In this document: piece after piece, positions 51,039 through 63,365 of the stretch
Numbering within the stretch: position 1 is the stretch's first letter
Layout: each line of letters begins with the position of its first letter
NCBI RefSeq assembly: GCF_018350175.1
Contig: NC_058368.1
Location: 212,476,001 to 212,540,000 of the forward strand
Direction of reading: 5' to 3'
Length of the DNA: 64,000 bases
DNA from: Felis catus
Lineage: Eukaryota
The notes under the pieces: model-generated
Databases searched by the model: none
Told to the model about the DNA's origin: nothing
The model's input: only the letters and a program-made list of their open reading frames with translations
Made by a program: the position numbers and the translations under genes

Positions 51039-51404
51039 TCTGATGGATAATTTTATGTGTCATCTTGACTGGGCCATGAGGTCCTCAGATATTTGCTTAA
51101 TTATTCTGGGTACCCCAATGAGGTTGTTTTTGGATAAGATTAATACTTAGATCAGTAAACTGAGTGAACCGGATTGCCCTCCCTCATGTAGGTGGACCTC
51201 ATACAATCATTTGAAGGCCTGAATAGCACAAAAGACTAATCCTCCCCTGAGTAAGAGGGAATTCTTCCTGACTGAATGCTTTCAAACTGGGATATTGACT
51301 TTTTTTATGCTTTTAGGCTAGAACTGAAACATTGGCTCTTCCTGGGTCTTAAGACTACCAGCCTTCCCACTTGAAACTATACCATCAGGTCTCCTGGTTT
51401 TGTA

Positions 51405-51450
<46 letters not shown>

Positions 51451-51506
51451 GTGTATCTTTGTACATCCTATGGTTTCTGTTTCTCTGGAGAATCTGGATC
51501 AATACA
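51039..51506 (+). mobile_element. ERVL solo LTR (MLT2B/C-like) containing (TG)21 at 51407-51448
   Basis: tgatggataattttatgtgtcatcttgactgggcc...ttgaaggcctgaatag...ttctgtttctctggagaa...aataCA. Confidence 0.9.
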
Positions 51507-53810
51507 ATAAATAGCACACGTTAAAAAAAAAGAAACTAAAATGCACAGGTTTTTTATTTTAAATTTTGAGTAATTGAGTTGGAAAGGTGGTGACTATTGA
51601 TAACTTAAGTTAAATTAAGTGGCCTTAATTACTGATCTAAAGGGTGAAACATCTCAAAACTACAGTAAAAAATATAAAAAGAAGCAAATTATGAGGAAAA
51701 AGATAAGAATATTAGAGGATGTGTCCATGACACTTAATAAGTAGAAGTTGAAGGAGAAAAAAGCAGCAATAAAAGTAAAATAAAATGACACTGGATTGAA
51801 GAAAGACTTGAGTTAGCAAACTGAAAGAGCTCAATGCATTCTGGGAATATCTGATAAGAAAAGTCATACATAGGGACATATGCCTGTAAAATTCCAAGAG
51901 TCTAAAATTTAAGAAAAATACCATAAAAGCTTTCAGATAGAATGTCTAAATAATTCACAAAGGAAGAAGAATCCAATTAGAATCAGGCCTTTTATCTCCA
52001 ATATGAAAAACTACACAGTGGTGATGCTTTCTACAGGCTGCTCAGAGAAAAGAACTATAACTTAAGAATCCTGTACCTTGGTAAGATATCATAAACATGT
52101 TGGAATAAATGTATTCCAGCTAAGAAAATACTTGAGAAAATAACTGACACCAAATAATAAAACAAAAGAGACATTAAGATAGGTGTAAATAAAAAAGAAA
52201 GGAAAATGGTAAGCAAAATATTTTAAAGGAAAATATAACAATAATCTGGAACTAAACACTAAATAATTTCAACAAAACAGAGAGAGTTGGTTGGGGGTGG
52301 AAAGAAGGTTAAGCAGTATCATCCTAAAGTTCTCGTCTGGATCAGACTACAATGAGGAAGCAAAAGCATAAAATCTAGGTTTATTGGATTGGAGAAAAAG
52401 CAGTAAAGAGAAATAGGTTTTTGCTTGTTTTTGCATAAAATTAGAGAAACCTATTTGTTATGGGGTTAAAAAAGAAAGATATACACCAATAAGTTGAGAA
52501 TACTTGATCAAGTCATCAGAAATAAGAAACAAGAAGGGGAAAGTAAATAGTAAACATAAAGTAAAATGGAAGAAAGAAATCAAATATACTACTTGTTAGT
52601 GCTAATTAAGAATGAGCATACTTGTGCATACCAAACAACAGAGCAACTAAATATATAAAGCAAAACACTAAGAATGTATGAAGTAGATACAATTGTAGTG
52701 ATATATATATATGTGTATATGTATACATATATCTTCAGAATTAGCAATGAGAAAATGATAAATAAGGGCAGAGGAGAATTATATAATCAAAAATTCAAAT
52801 TCATATATAAATTAAAACCTTTACTCAAAAAGCAAAGATAGATTTGTTGTCATATCCAAAACAAAAAATTACCTCAATCAGTGATCGTGTGTTTGGCCAC
52901 AGATAAAAACCTTAGTAATCTTATATCAAAGCAGAGAATTTTATTGCCACATTTTCTGGTCCTAATATAGTAAAATTATAAATAAATAATAAAAAAGTGA
53001 CCTAAAAGCTTAACTACTGGGAAATAGAATAAGACTCCTAAATATCTTCTGTTTAAAAAAGAAAATGAGATTATGGAATGGACATGAGATTACTTTAGAA
53101 TTAAACCCATGGGATACAGCTAAAGCTGGGCTCAGAGGAAAATTTAGTTTTAAATGCATTAATTAGTAGAGAAAAAAGAGTAAAATACAGAGACTTAGTA
53201 ATAATCAAAGGAAATCATGAATGCAAAAATAAAACCAAAAATAAATTTGGAGAGCAATGATATATATATAAAAGCTGAAAAGATACAACATGTAATAGCA
53301 AGAATGGGTAAATGTATTCAAAACCAGCTTTTCAATAAAGCTGATAAACTCATTAAGATTCTAACTAAGAAGAAAAAGAGCTAGCAAACAAATACAAAGC
53401 TAGAAATGAAAAATAAGATCATGATTACAGATATAAAAGAATTATATAAAGAATATATATGTGCCTCTGTGGTAACAAGTTTGAAAATCTAGAGAAATGA
53501 GTGATTTTCTAGTAATTGCTATTGGAGAAGTTTAATCAAAGAAGTAGAAAACCTGAGTTGATGATTTAGGTAGGACAGATTAAAAAGCTGTTTAAAGGTC
53601 TTCCAATGGAAAATACCCATGGAAAACTTTTTTCAGAATTGATTTTTATTTAACCTTTAAAGATTAGAAGTTCCATTGTAATATAAACTATTTCCAATCA
53701 TGGAAAAATAAAGCACAACCTAATACAAAACCATGCTGCCTTGGTACCCAAGAAAAGATAAGTAAAGAAAATTATAAATAAAAGTTATATGAGATTTTGT
53801 GTACACACAT

Positions 53811-53811
<1 letters not shown>

Positions 53812-53848
<37 letters not shown>
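53812..53848 (+). repeat. (CA)18 microsatellite
   Basis: Direct reading. Confidence 0.95.
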
Positions 53849-53850
<2 letters not shown>

Positions 53851-54286
53851 CAGGGTCTTATCACAAGAAGACAGCATGACTAAATAGAATTTATTCTAGA
53901 ACTGTAAATATAGTTCAGTGTTAGATATTTTGTCAACATAAACAATTATATCAAAAAATTTAAATAGAAATTATAGAAATATATCAATAGGGACTGAGAA
54001 GGCTTTCTTTACCTTTTGAGAAGTTAAGTATTCTTCAACTTGTATATCAAAACCCAACAACCGACATGATCCTCTCTAGTGGAACCTAAAGAATTTTTCA
54101 TTAGAATTAGCAGTAATATAGGGATGCTTGCTGTCAACATTTTTCAAAATTAATTTAAAGCTTCTAGTACATGCAATGAAAAAAGTAATGAGATAATTAG
54201 TATGATTAATAACAAGAACAAATAAAATGTCTTGCTGATGACCTGAGTTAATATCCAGAATCTAGCTAAAAGAAGAAGAAAAACAA

Positions 54287-54501
54287 GGGGCGCCTGGGTG
54301 GCTCAGTCGGTTAAGCATCTGAAGTCGGCGCAGGTCATGATCTCGCGGTTCCTGAGTTCGCAGTCCTGCATCCACTCCTGAGCTAATAGCTCAGAGCCTG
54401 GAACCTGCTTCAGTTTCTGTGTCTCCCTCTCTCTGCCCCTCTCCCACTCACACTCTGTCTCTCTCACAAATAAATAAACATTAAAAAAATTTTTTTTTAA
54501 A
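54287..54501 (+). mobile_element. Can-SINE (SINEC_Fc-type)
   Basis: GGGGCGCCTGGGTGGCTCAGTCGGTTAAG; TSD AAGAAG(A/C)AAAACAA at 54273-54286 and 54502-54515. Confidence 0.95.
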
Positions 54502-54952
54502 AAGAAGCAAAACAACTACTGTACTAGAATTGAAAATTTTCTAAGATGTTAGAGCACAAGAGAAACATTAATTAACATTAATGAAAATTAACAATTATCT
54601 AATTAATATCAACATTAATAAAATTAATTATCTTTTAAAGTAAAAATAGAAGCAATATTTAACATATAAAATATAAATATATATAGCAATATAAAATATA
54701 TAGCAATTTTTAAGTATATAAGCTAGTGTGTACAAAATTTAATTTTATAAAAGGTGATATTTTAGTTCAGTGGAAAGAGAATAATTTATTTAATAAATAA
54801 AGAATGTACAACTGACTCTCCATTTGGAAGTCACTACCTAAAACACACATATATAAAAATAAATGCAAAGTTTCCACTTTCAGCATGATAGTGTGAAAAC
54901 CTCCAAGGACCTGCTCATTAGGTGCCTGTGAAACTTGTGAAAAGTATTTTTT

Positions 54953-55210
54953 AATTTAAATTCCAGTTGGTTAACATACAGTGAAATATTAGTTTCAAGT
55001 GTATAATGCAGTGATTCAACACTTCCATACAACACCTGGTGCTCATCACAAGTAGACTTCTTAATTCTCATCACCTATTTAACCCAATCCCCCACCTATC
55101 TCCCCTCTGGTATGCTAAGTAAAATAAGTCAGTCAGAGAAAGACAAATACCATATGATTTCACTCATATGTGGAATTTAAGAAACAAAACAAATGAGCAA
55201 ACTTACCAGA
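54953..55210 (-). mobile_element. 5'-inverted (twin-primed) truncated carnivore L1
   Basis: Minus-strand 3'UTR (54953-55112) joined to a plus-strand upstream L1 segment (55111-55200); TSD GTGAAAA(G/T)TATTTTTT at 54937-54952 and 55211-55226. Confidence 0.9.
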
Positions 55211-55714
55211 GTGAAAATTATTTTTTAAAAGAACAGTTTAACATGTTTCTGAAAATGGCCCTAAGGGTATACTGCAAATGAAGAAACATTTATTCGCAAA
55301 AATGTACTAAAACTTGATAAGAACTGCAAAAGTTTGTGATATTTGAACAAAGAACCATGCCCTCTCCTAACTCTCCCAGCTCAGTAAGACAGAAACTATT
55401 TTTGAGACTGGTACAACCAAGAACACAAGGCTCTCTCTCGTCTAAACTCCCAGCCAGAGGTCTGCCTTCCTGGAAAAGTCAGGATTTAAGTATTTTTTAT
55501 TTCTTACCCCACCTGCTCGTTGCTGAGGCTAAGTTCTAGCTGAGTGCAGCTGAAAAATGGGGAGGCTCTCTTTTTCCACTCAACTCCCACTAATGAGACA
55601 GAGTTCTCTACTTTGGGTATGGTTCTGGGGAGAATACTGGGGCCCACCATTTCATGGGCTGGGGGTTCCACACTGAGAGAGCCCAGCACAAGAGGTTTTT
55701 GATTCCTGCATCCT

Positions 55715-58320
55715 TCCTTGGTGAATTGCACCGAACATTTAAAGAAGGGTTAATACCTATTCTTCTCAAACTATTCCAAAACACAGAAGAGAAAGAAAAG
55801 CTTCCAAATCTATTCTATGAGGCCCATGATACCCTCATAGACCACTTATGATACCAAAACCAATAAAGATACCATAAAAAAAGAGAACTATAGGCCAATA
55901 TCCCTGATAAACATGGATGCAAAAATCCTCAACAAAATATATGCAAAATGAATCCAACAATACATTAAAAAAATCATTCACCAACATCAAGTGGGATTTA
56001 TCCATGGGATACAGGAGTGGTTCAATATTTGCATATCACTCAACATGCTCTATCACATCAACAAGAGAAAGCATAAGAACCAAATTATCATTTCAATAGA
56101 TGCAAAAAAGCATTTGACAAAGTACAACATCCATTCATGGTAAAAACCCTCAACAAAGTAGGTTTAGAGGGAACGTACCTCAACATAATAAAGGCTATAT
56201 ATGGAAAACCCACAGCTAACATCATACTCAATGGTGACAAACAGAGCTTTTCCTCTAAGATCAGGAACAAGAAAAGGATGTCCACTCTCACCACTGTTAT
56301 TCAACTTAGTATTGGAAGTCCCAGCTACAGCAATCAGGCAAGAAAAAGAAATAAAAGCATCCAAATTAATAAGGAAGAAGTAAAACTGACACTTTTTGCA
56401 GATGGCATGATATTATTCCAAAAGACTCCTAAAGACTTCACCAAAAAAACTGCTAGAAGTGATAAATGAATTTAGTAAGGTCAAAGGACACAAAATCAAT
56501 ATACGGAAATCCATTGCAATTCTCTACACTAATAATGAAGCTGCACCCAAAAAAAATAAGAAAACAATCCCATTTACAACTGCACCAAAATTAATAAGAT
56601 ATCTAGGAGTGAACTTTTAAGCTTGGCTGAAAAATATAAGACATTGAAAGAAGTTGAAGACGACACAAACAAATGGAAAGATATTCCATGCTTATGGATT
56701 GGAAGAACAAATGTTAAAATGTCCATACCTCCAAGGCAATCGACATACTTAAAGCAATCCCTATCAAAATAGCAACAGCACTTTTCACAGAACTAGAACA
56801 AATAATCCTAAGATTTGAATGGAACCACAAAAGACCCTGAATAGACAAAGCGATCTTGAAAAGGAACAAAAACTAGATGTATCAGAATTCTAGATTTCAG
56901 GATCTACAAAGCTGGAATAATCAATCAGCAAGGTACTAGCACAAAAATAGACACATAGAGCAATGGAACAGGAAAGAGAGTCCCAAAATGAACCCATTTC
57001 ATTTGGGTCAATTAATGGTTAATGGTCAATTAAACTTTGACAAAGGAGACAAGAACATGCGATGGGGAAAAGACAGTCTCTTCAAAAAATAGTGGTGGGA
57101 AAGCTGAATAGCTACATGCAAAAGAATGATGCTGGACCACTTTCTCACATCATACACAATAGTAAACTCAAAATGAATTGCAGACCTAAATGTGAGACTG
57201 GACACCATAAAAATCCTAGAAGAGAGCTCAGGCAGTAATTTCTCTGACATCAGTTAATTTCTCTGACATCAGTTGTAGCAATATTCCTCTAGATATGTCT
57301 TGAGACAAGGGAAACAAAGCAAAAATAAAGTATTGGGACTACATCAAAATAAAAAGGCTCTGTTACAGCAAAGGAAACAATCAACAAAATTAAAAGGGAA
57401 CCTCAGTAGGTTCCGTAAGAGAAGATATTTATAAATGATCTCCAAAGAAGATATCCAGATGGCCAACACTCACACGAAAAGATGCTCAACATCTCTCATT
57501 ATAAAGGAAATGCATATCAAAACCACAATGAGATATTTCTTTACATCTGTTATAAGGCAAATAAAAAAAAAACACAAAAACAACTGGTGCTAGAGAGGAT
57601 GTGGAGAAAAAGAAACCCTCACCTCATCCACTGTTGGTAGGAATGCAAACTGGTAGTCACTGGGGAAGAGAGTATGGAAGTTCCTCAGAAAATTAAAAAT
57701 AGAACTACTCCATGATCCAATAATCAGACTACTGGGTATTTACCCAAAGAATACAAAAAATCCTAATTCAAAAGGATATATGCATTCCTGTGTTTACTGC
57801 AGCATTATTTACAATAGCAAACTAAGGAGGCAGTCCAAGTGTCCATGTATTGATGAACAGATAAAGAAGATGTAGTATATGTACACAATGGAATTATTTA
57901 GCCACAAAAAAGAATGAAATCTTGCCATTTGCACGTGGATGGAGCTAGAGGGTATAATGCTAAGTGAAAGAAATCAGTCAAAGACAAATACCATACGATT
58001 TCATGTGGCACCATATGATTAAATGTGGAATTTAAGAAACAAAACAAATGAACAAAAAAGACAGAGATAAACCAAGAAACATATTCTTAATTATAGAGAG
58101 CAAACTAATGGTTACCAGAGGGTGGGGGTGGGTGGGGGAGGGTGTGGGAAAAATAGGTAATGGGGATTAAAGAGGTCCTTTATCATGATAGGCACTGAAT
58201 AATGCATAGATTTATTGAATCACTATATTGTACACCTGAAACTCTATAGCACTGTATGTTAACTCTACTGGAATTAAAATTAAAAACTTTTAAAAAAATA
58301 AATAAAAATTTTAAAAAAGA
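55715..58320 (+). mobile_element. 5'-truncated carnivore L1 (ORF2 RT to 3'UTR), decayed, with internal deletion near 57440
   Basis: [59 protein letters not shown]; 3'UTR and A-rich tail. Confidence 0.95.
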
Positions 58321-58328
58321 AATGTATA

Positions 58329-58543
58329 GGGGCTCCTGGGTGGCTCAGTTGGTTAAGTGTCCAGCTTCAGCTCAGGTCATGATCTCATGGTCCATGAATT
58401 CAAGCCCCACATCAGGCCCTGTGTTGACAACTCAGCCTGGAGCCTACTTGGGATTCTGTGTCTCCCTCGCTCTCTGCCCCTCCCCCACTCATTCTCTGCC
58501 TGTGTCTCTCAAAAAATAAATAAACATTAAAAAATTTTTCTTT
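58329..58543 (+). mobile_element. Can-SINE inserted at the L1 tail
   Basis: GGGGCTCCTGGGTGGCTCAG...AATAAATAAACATT; TSD remnant AATGTATA at 58321-58328 and 58544-58551. Confidence 0.93.
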
Positions 58544-58872
58544 AATGTATAAAAGATGAAGATGTGGTACCCAATACCAGTACTGAAAACTGGGTGTTGT
58601 GTATTCCGTGCTATTTCATCTTAGTGGTAGTAGTAGTGACAGAGAGGCCTGGTGAACACCATGATAATGACCATAGTTTACAGTAAACCATAACTTCGTT
58701 TTCCTTCATAGTCTGCTAGTAGTTGGAAGAAACACTGAATTTGCAACAGAAACATTTGTTCTGTGATTTTCTTTTAGTTAGAAGATATTCTCCCCCTGCC
58801 ATTATCTTTAGAATTGGAAAATAAGAGACAAAAGGATCATTTTGGAAAATTCTGCACTAAACTTTGAAGTTT

Positions 58873-58941
58873 TTTTTTAATGTTTATTTATTTATTTTGG
58901 TAGAGAGAGAGCACTTGCACATATGCAAGCAGGGGAGAAAC

Positions 58942-58978
<37 letters not shown>

Positions 58979-59104
58979 CCCAAGTAGTCTCTGCACTGTC
59001 AGCATGGAGCCTGACATGGGGCTCGTTCCCATGAGCTGTGAGATCATGAGCTGAGCCAAAATCAAGAGTCAGACACTTAACTGACTCAGTCACCCATGTG
59101 ACCT
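58873..59104 (-). mobile_element. Can-SINE
   Basis: GA tract and tRNA-derived head; TSD TAAACTTT(G/A)AAGTTT at 58858-58872 and 59105-59119. Confidence 0.93.
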
Positions 59105-59879
59105 TAAACTTTAAAGTTTAGTTGAAAATATTTGAGAAGTGGACCCATGACAGTGACTATGCCCTCAGTTAATTTGGACAATTTCAGGAGTAAAAGATTT
59201 AATCAAACCATAATTAAATTTTAAACTTTTAATGGTTTCATACATTTAAGGTATAAATTCCATATAGCTATGGATAATTTGTTGTCTTTTCCTTAGTAGG
59301 ATTCATTATTGATTTTAGGACCTAAATTGGATTGAAGAATGAGTACAAATTAATTGTTCCAGCTTGAGAAGAATGACAAATATTGTGGAATGATATTTTA
59401 AATGTATACTACAAGTGATCATAATTTTTCTTTATAATAAAGAAAGTAAATAACAAGGGTAATTGTTATAGTATTATTACATATGAATAATACAGTTAGG
59501 TTGAACACAATTTGTTAATCTTTGTGTCATACAGTATTTGTAAAATTGCTTTTTTATTCTCAGTAAGAATGTGTCTAATTTTTAAACATCAGATAAATTT
59601 TCTAATTTTAGTGATGATCAGAGGAAATTAATGAGAAGTATTTGGTTTTGTATGTCATGCAAACCATACAGGTTTTGTTTTGGTTTTGATACCTGTTGTA
59701 CTCTAGAAAACAGTTGTTCAATAACCCAAATTGTACTTACTGCTTAAGTATGTTTAACCAAGAGATGGAGTAGATTAAAAGGGGAGAGGAAGAGAGAAAT
59801 CTCAAAGGGATATTTTGATCTTTACAATGAAATAGCAGATTACTATTGCTTTACTATCAAATAGATACGAATAAATGAC

Positions 59880-60090
59880 AACCAGGCAGCCTGGTATCAT
59901 ATGGGAGCTTTCTAGAAATGAAGTATCTCAGACACCACCCCAGACCAAATGAATCAGAATGCGCATGTTTTTTAGGTTTATTTATTAGGGCGCCTGGGTG
60001 GCTCAGTCAGTTAAATGTAGGACTCTTGATTTCTGCTCAGGTCATGATCTCACAGTCATGAGATTGAGCCAGTGTCAGGCTCCAAGGGTC

Positions 60091-60122
<32 letters not shown>

Positions 60123-60306
60123 AGAGAGAGAATCCCAGACAGGCTCCATGCTGTCAGCACAGAGCCTGATGTGAGGCTTGAACTCAGGAACCACGAGATC
60201 ATGATCTGAGCTGAAATCAAGAGTTGGAAGCTTAACTGACTGGACCATCCAGGCGCTCCAAGATCATATGATTCTTATGTATTATTCAGATTTGAGTAGC
60301 TCTGGT
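59880..60306. mobile_element. MER5A-like hAT element interrupted by a SINE composite
   Basis: gggagctttctagaaatg...tctcagacaccaccccagacc.aatgaatcagaat..gcat | caagatc..atgattcttatg...tttgagtagctctg. Confidence 0.7.
59968..60259. mobile_element. Tail-to-tail fused Can-SINE pair: + strand 5' half (59987-60084) inside a - strand copy (59968-59986 and 60091-60259)
   Basis: GGGCGCCTGGGTGGCTCAG at 59988 and its reverse complement (ccatccaggcgctcc) ending at 60259, separated by a (GA)n tract. Confidence 0.9.
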
Positions 60307-60416
60307 TAAGGTACCTCTACTCTGCAGTATTTACAAGTGCTTTCTACATTCTTGGTGTTTTGCTAGCTAAGGAATTCTACTCCATTTAAAGCCTAAGAGC
60401 CCAGCACTTGCATTTA

Positions 60417-61666
60417 TTTATTTATTTTTTAATTTTTAATTTTTTAATTAATTTATTTTTTAATTTACATCCAAGTTAGTTAGCATATGGTGCAACAATG
60501 ATTTCAGGAATAGATTCTTTAATGCTCCATATGCATTTAGCCCATACTCCCTGCCACAACCTCTTCAGCAACCCTCTATTTGTTCTTCGTATTTAAGAGT
60601 CTCTTATGTTTTGTCCCCCTCCCTGTTTTTATATTATTTTTGCTTCCCTTCCCTTATGTTCATCTATTTTGTATCTTAAAGTCCTCATATGAGTAAAGTC
60701 ATATATTTGTCTCTCTCTAATTTCACTTAGCATAATACCCTTTAGTTCTATCCATGTAGTTGCAAATGGCAAGATTTCATTCTTTTTGATTGTTGAGTAA
60801 TACTCCATTGTATATATATGCCACATCTTCTTTATCCATTCATCCATCGATGGACATTTGGGCTCTTTCCATACTTTGGCTGTTGTTGATAGTGCTGCTA
60901 TAAACGTGGGGGTTCACGTGTCCCTTCGAAATAGCACACCTGTATCCCGTGGATAAATGCCTAGTAGTGCGATTGCTGGGTCATAGGATAGTTCTATTTT
61001 TAGTTTTTTGAGGAACCTCCATACTGTTCTCCAGAGTGGCTGCACCAGCTTGCATTCCCACCAGCAGTGCAAAAGAGATCCTCTTTCTCCGCATCCTCGC
61101 CAACATCTGTTGTTGCCTGAGTTGTTAATGTTAGCCATTCTGACAGGTGTGAGGTGGTATCTCATTGTGGTTTTGATTTGTATTTCCCTGATGATGAGTG
61201 ATGTTGAGCAGTTTTTCATGTGTCTGTTAGCCATCTGGATGTCTTCTTTGGAGAAGTGTCTATTCATGTCTTTTGCCCATTTCTTTACTGGATTATTTGT
61301 TTTTTGGGTGTTAAGTTTGATAAGTTCTCTATAGATTCTGGATACTAACCCTTTATCTGATATGTAGTTTGCAAATATCTTCTCCCATTCCACTGGCTGC
61401 CTTTTAGTTTTGTTGATTTTTTCCTTTACTGGGCAGGAGCTTTTTATTTTGATGAGGTCCCAGTAGTTCATTTTCACTTTTGTTTCCATTGCCTCCAGAG
61501 ATGTGTTGAGTAAGAAGTTGCTGCAGCCAAGATCAAAGAGGTTTTTGCCTGCTTTCTCCTTGAGGATTTTGATGGCTTCCTGTGTTACATTGAGGTCTTA
61601 CATCCATTTTGAGCTTATTTTTGTGTATGGTGTAAGAAAGTGGTCCAGGTTCATTTTTCTGCATGT
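60417..61666 (-). mobile_element. 5'-truncated felid L1 (ORF2 C-terminus plus 3'UTR)
   Basis: ORF 60914-61489 contains [25 protein letters not shown]; perfect 17-bp TSD CCCAGCACTTGCATTTA at 60400-60416 and 61667-61683. Confidence 0.97.
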
Positions 61667-61702
61667 CCCAGCACTTGCATTTAGATAAAAGGCTTTAAGT
61701 CT

Positions 61703-61913
61703 GGGGCCCCTGGGTGGCTCAGTTAGTTAATTGTCTGACTTTGGCTCAGGTCATGATCTCACAGTTCCTGGGTTCAAACCCCGCATTGGCTCTGTGCTGA
61801 TACTCAGAGCCTGGAGCCTGCTTCGAATTCTGTGTCCCCTATCTTTCTGCTCCTAAGCTCTGTCTCTCTCTGTCTCTCTCAAAAATAAACATTAAAAACA
61901 AAATTAAAAAACC
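61703..61913 (+). mobile_element. Can-SINE
   Basis: GGGGCCCCTGGGTGGCTCAG; TSD AAAAG(G/A)CT(T/G)TAAGTCT at 61687-61702 and 61914-61929. Confidence 0.94.
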
Positions 61914-62977
61914 AAAAGACTGTAAGTCTTAAGCAACAAAAACACAGGGCTTCTGTGTAATCTAAGGCATTATTGAATAAAAGAGAAAGATGTATGCACC
62001 AGGACCTCTATTTCCTTTAAAACTGAGCCATAGAAGTGACGATTATCCCACATGTAATTAAGCCAATTTCTTCAGTAATACAGAGCAAAGTAATTTAAAT
62101 TTGTTGAGTCTTGTATTTAACTTATGGCTGGAAGTTCTAGGCATAAAAATCATTATGCAATTTTGAATGGATCTTATGGGTGATGTCAGTTTTTATAGAC
62201 ACCTGTCTCCCAAGAAGGAGTGCTGTGTCTGCCCAGCATACTTCTGAAATCCTGGCTTCTTTGGCTGAAAGGAATGTTTGTGGTGAGACTATGTTTATTC
62301 AGACTGCCTGAGGTTACTCCGCTAGTTCTTTGTTTTAAACTCATGATAGAAAAGATAAATTTTAAGGAAAATCTTTAAAGTATGCATATATGGGCTTGAG
62401 AATTAAGTATTTCATTATCATTATCTGAGGACATTTGAAGAACTGGTGATATGTTAAAAGGGTCTTACAGTTACTAAATGCAAGACAATAGAGGGTGTAT
62501 TAGCTTAAATATTCTAGACAAATATTAGCAGATCAAATTATGTTACTGTGAGCCAGGTAGCAAACAACTTGAAAGCTATTGATGCAAGTTGTGGTTACAT
62601 TAAGTTATTAATTAAATAGGAATTTCATCCTCCAAAATTCCATATCATCTGTGGTATGTATGATGCAAGTCCGTACTGCAAATGCCAAGGTGTTGATCTT
62701 AATAGTGCAATTTAAGCAATTTTTTTCAACAGGGTAGTTTAATTTTCTTCCAAGAAATATCTGCTTTCTGCTAAAAATCTTTCTACCTGCCTAATATTTT
62801 AAACTTAATGAAACTAATTGGCAGCATTTTTTGTAAAAAGCAGTATTTTCTAATGTAAATGCCATCCAGCTAAAGACCACCAGGAATAGGTCTTTAATTG
62901 AAAAAGTTTGCTTTATTACTTGATACAGTAAGAAAAGATGCACACTATGGAATCACTGGGTGTCTCTGTAAGCAGAC

Positions 62978-63365
62978 TGTTATAGATTAAATGTTTGTGT
63001 CCCCTCACCAATTTCATGTTATGAAATCCTAACCCCCAACATGTTGGTATTTGAAGATGAGGCCTTTAGGAAGTAATCAGGGTTAGATGAGGTCATGAGG
63101 GTGGGGTCCTCATGATGGGATTAGTGCCCTTATAAGAAGAGACACCAGAAAGCTTGCTCTCTCTCTCTCTCTCCCCCCACCATGTTAGGACACCATGAGA
63201 AGGCAGCCATCTGCAAGTCAGGAACAGAGTTCTCACTAGAAACCAATCAGGCTGACACCCTGTTCTTAGACTTCTAGTCCCCAGAACCACAAGGAAATAA
63301 ATTTCTGTTGTTTAAGCTATCTACTCTATGGTATTTTGTTATGGTAGCCTGAGCAGAATAATACA
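62978..63365 (+). mobile_element. MaLR solo LTR (MLT1A0-like), possibly inside an older LTR-like remnant (~62860-63770)
   Basis: TGttatagattaaatgtttgtgtcccc...gggattagtgcccttataagaagagac...AATAAAtttctgttgtttaagc...taataCA. Confidence 0.92.

Larger units (their letters stand above)
51560..54870 (+). mobile_element. Very old, heavily decayed L1 (ORF1-ORF2 remnant, L1M/L1ME-like)
   Basis: A-rich; recognisable patches aagaatcctgtacc (ORF1 end), gggatacagctaaagctgggctcagaggaaaattta (ORF2 WDTAKA.LRGKF), tttgaaaatctagagaaatg. Confidence 0.7.
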
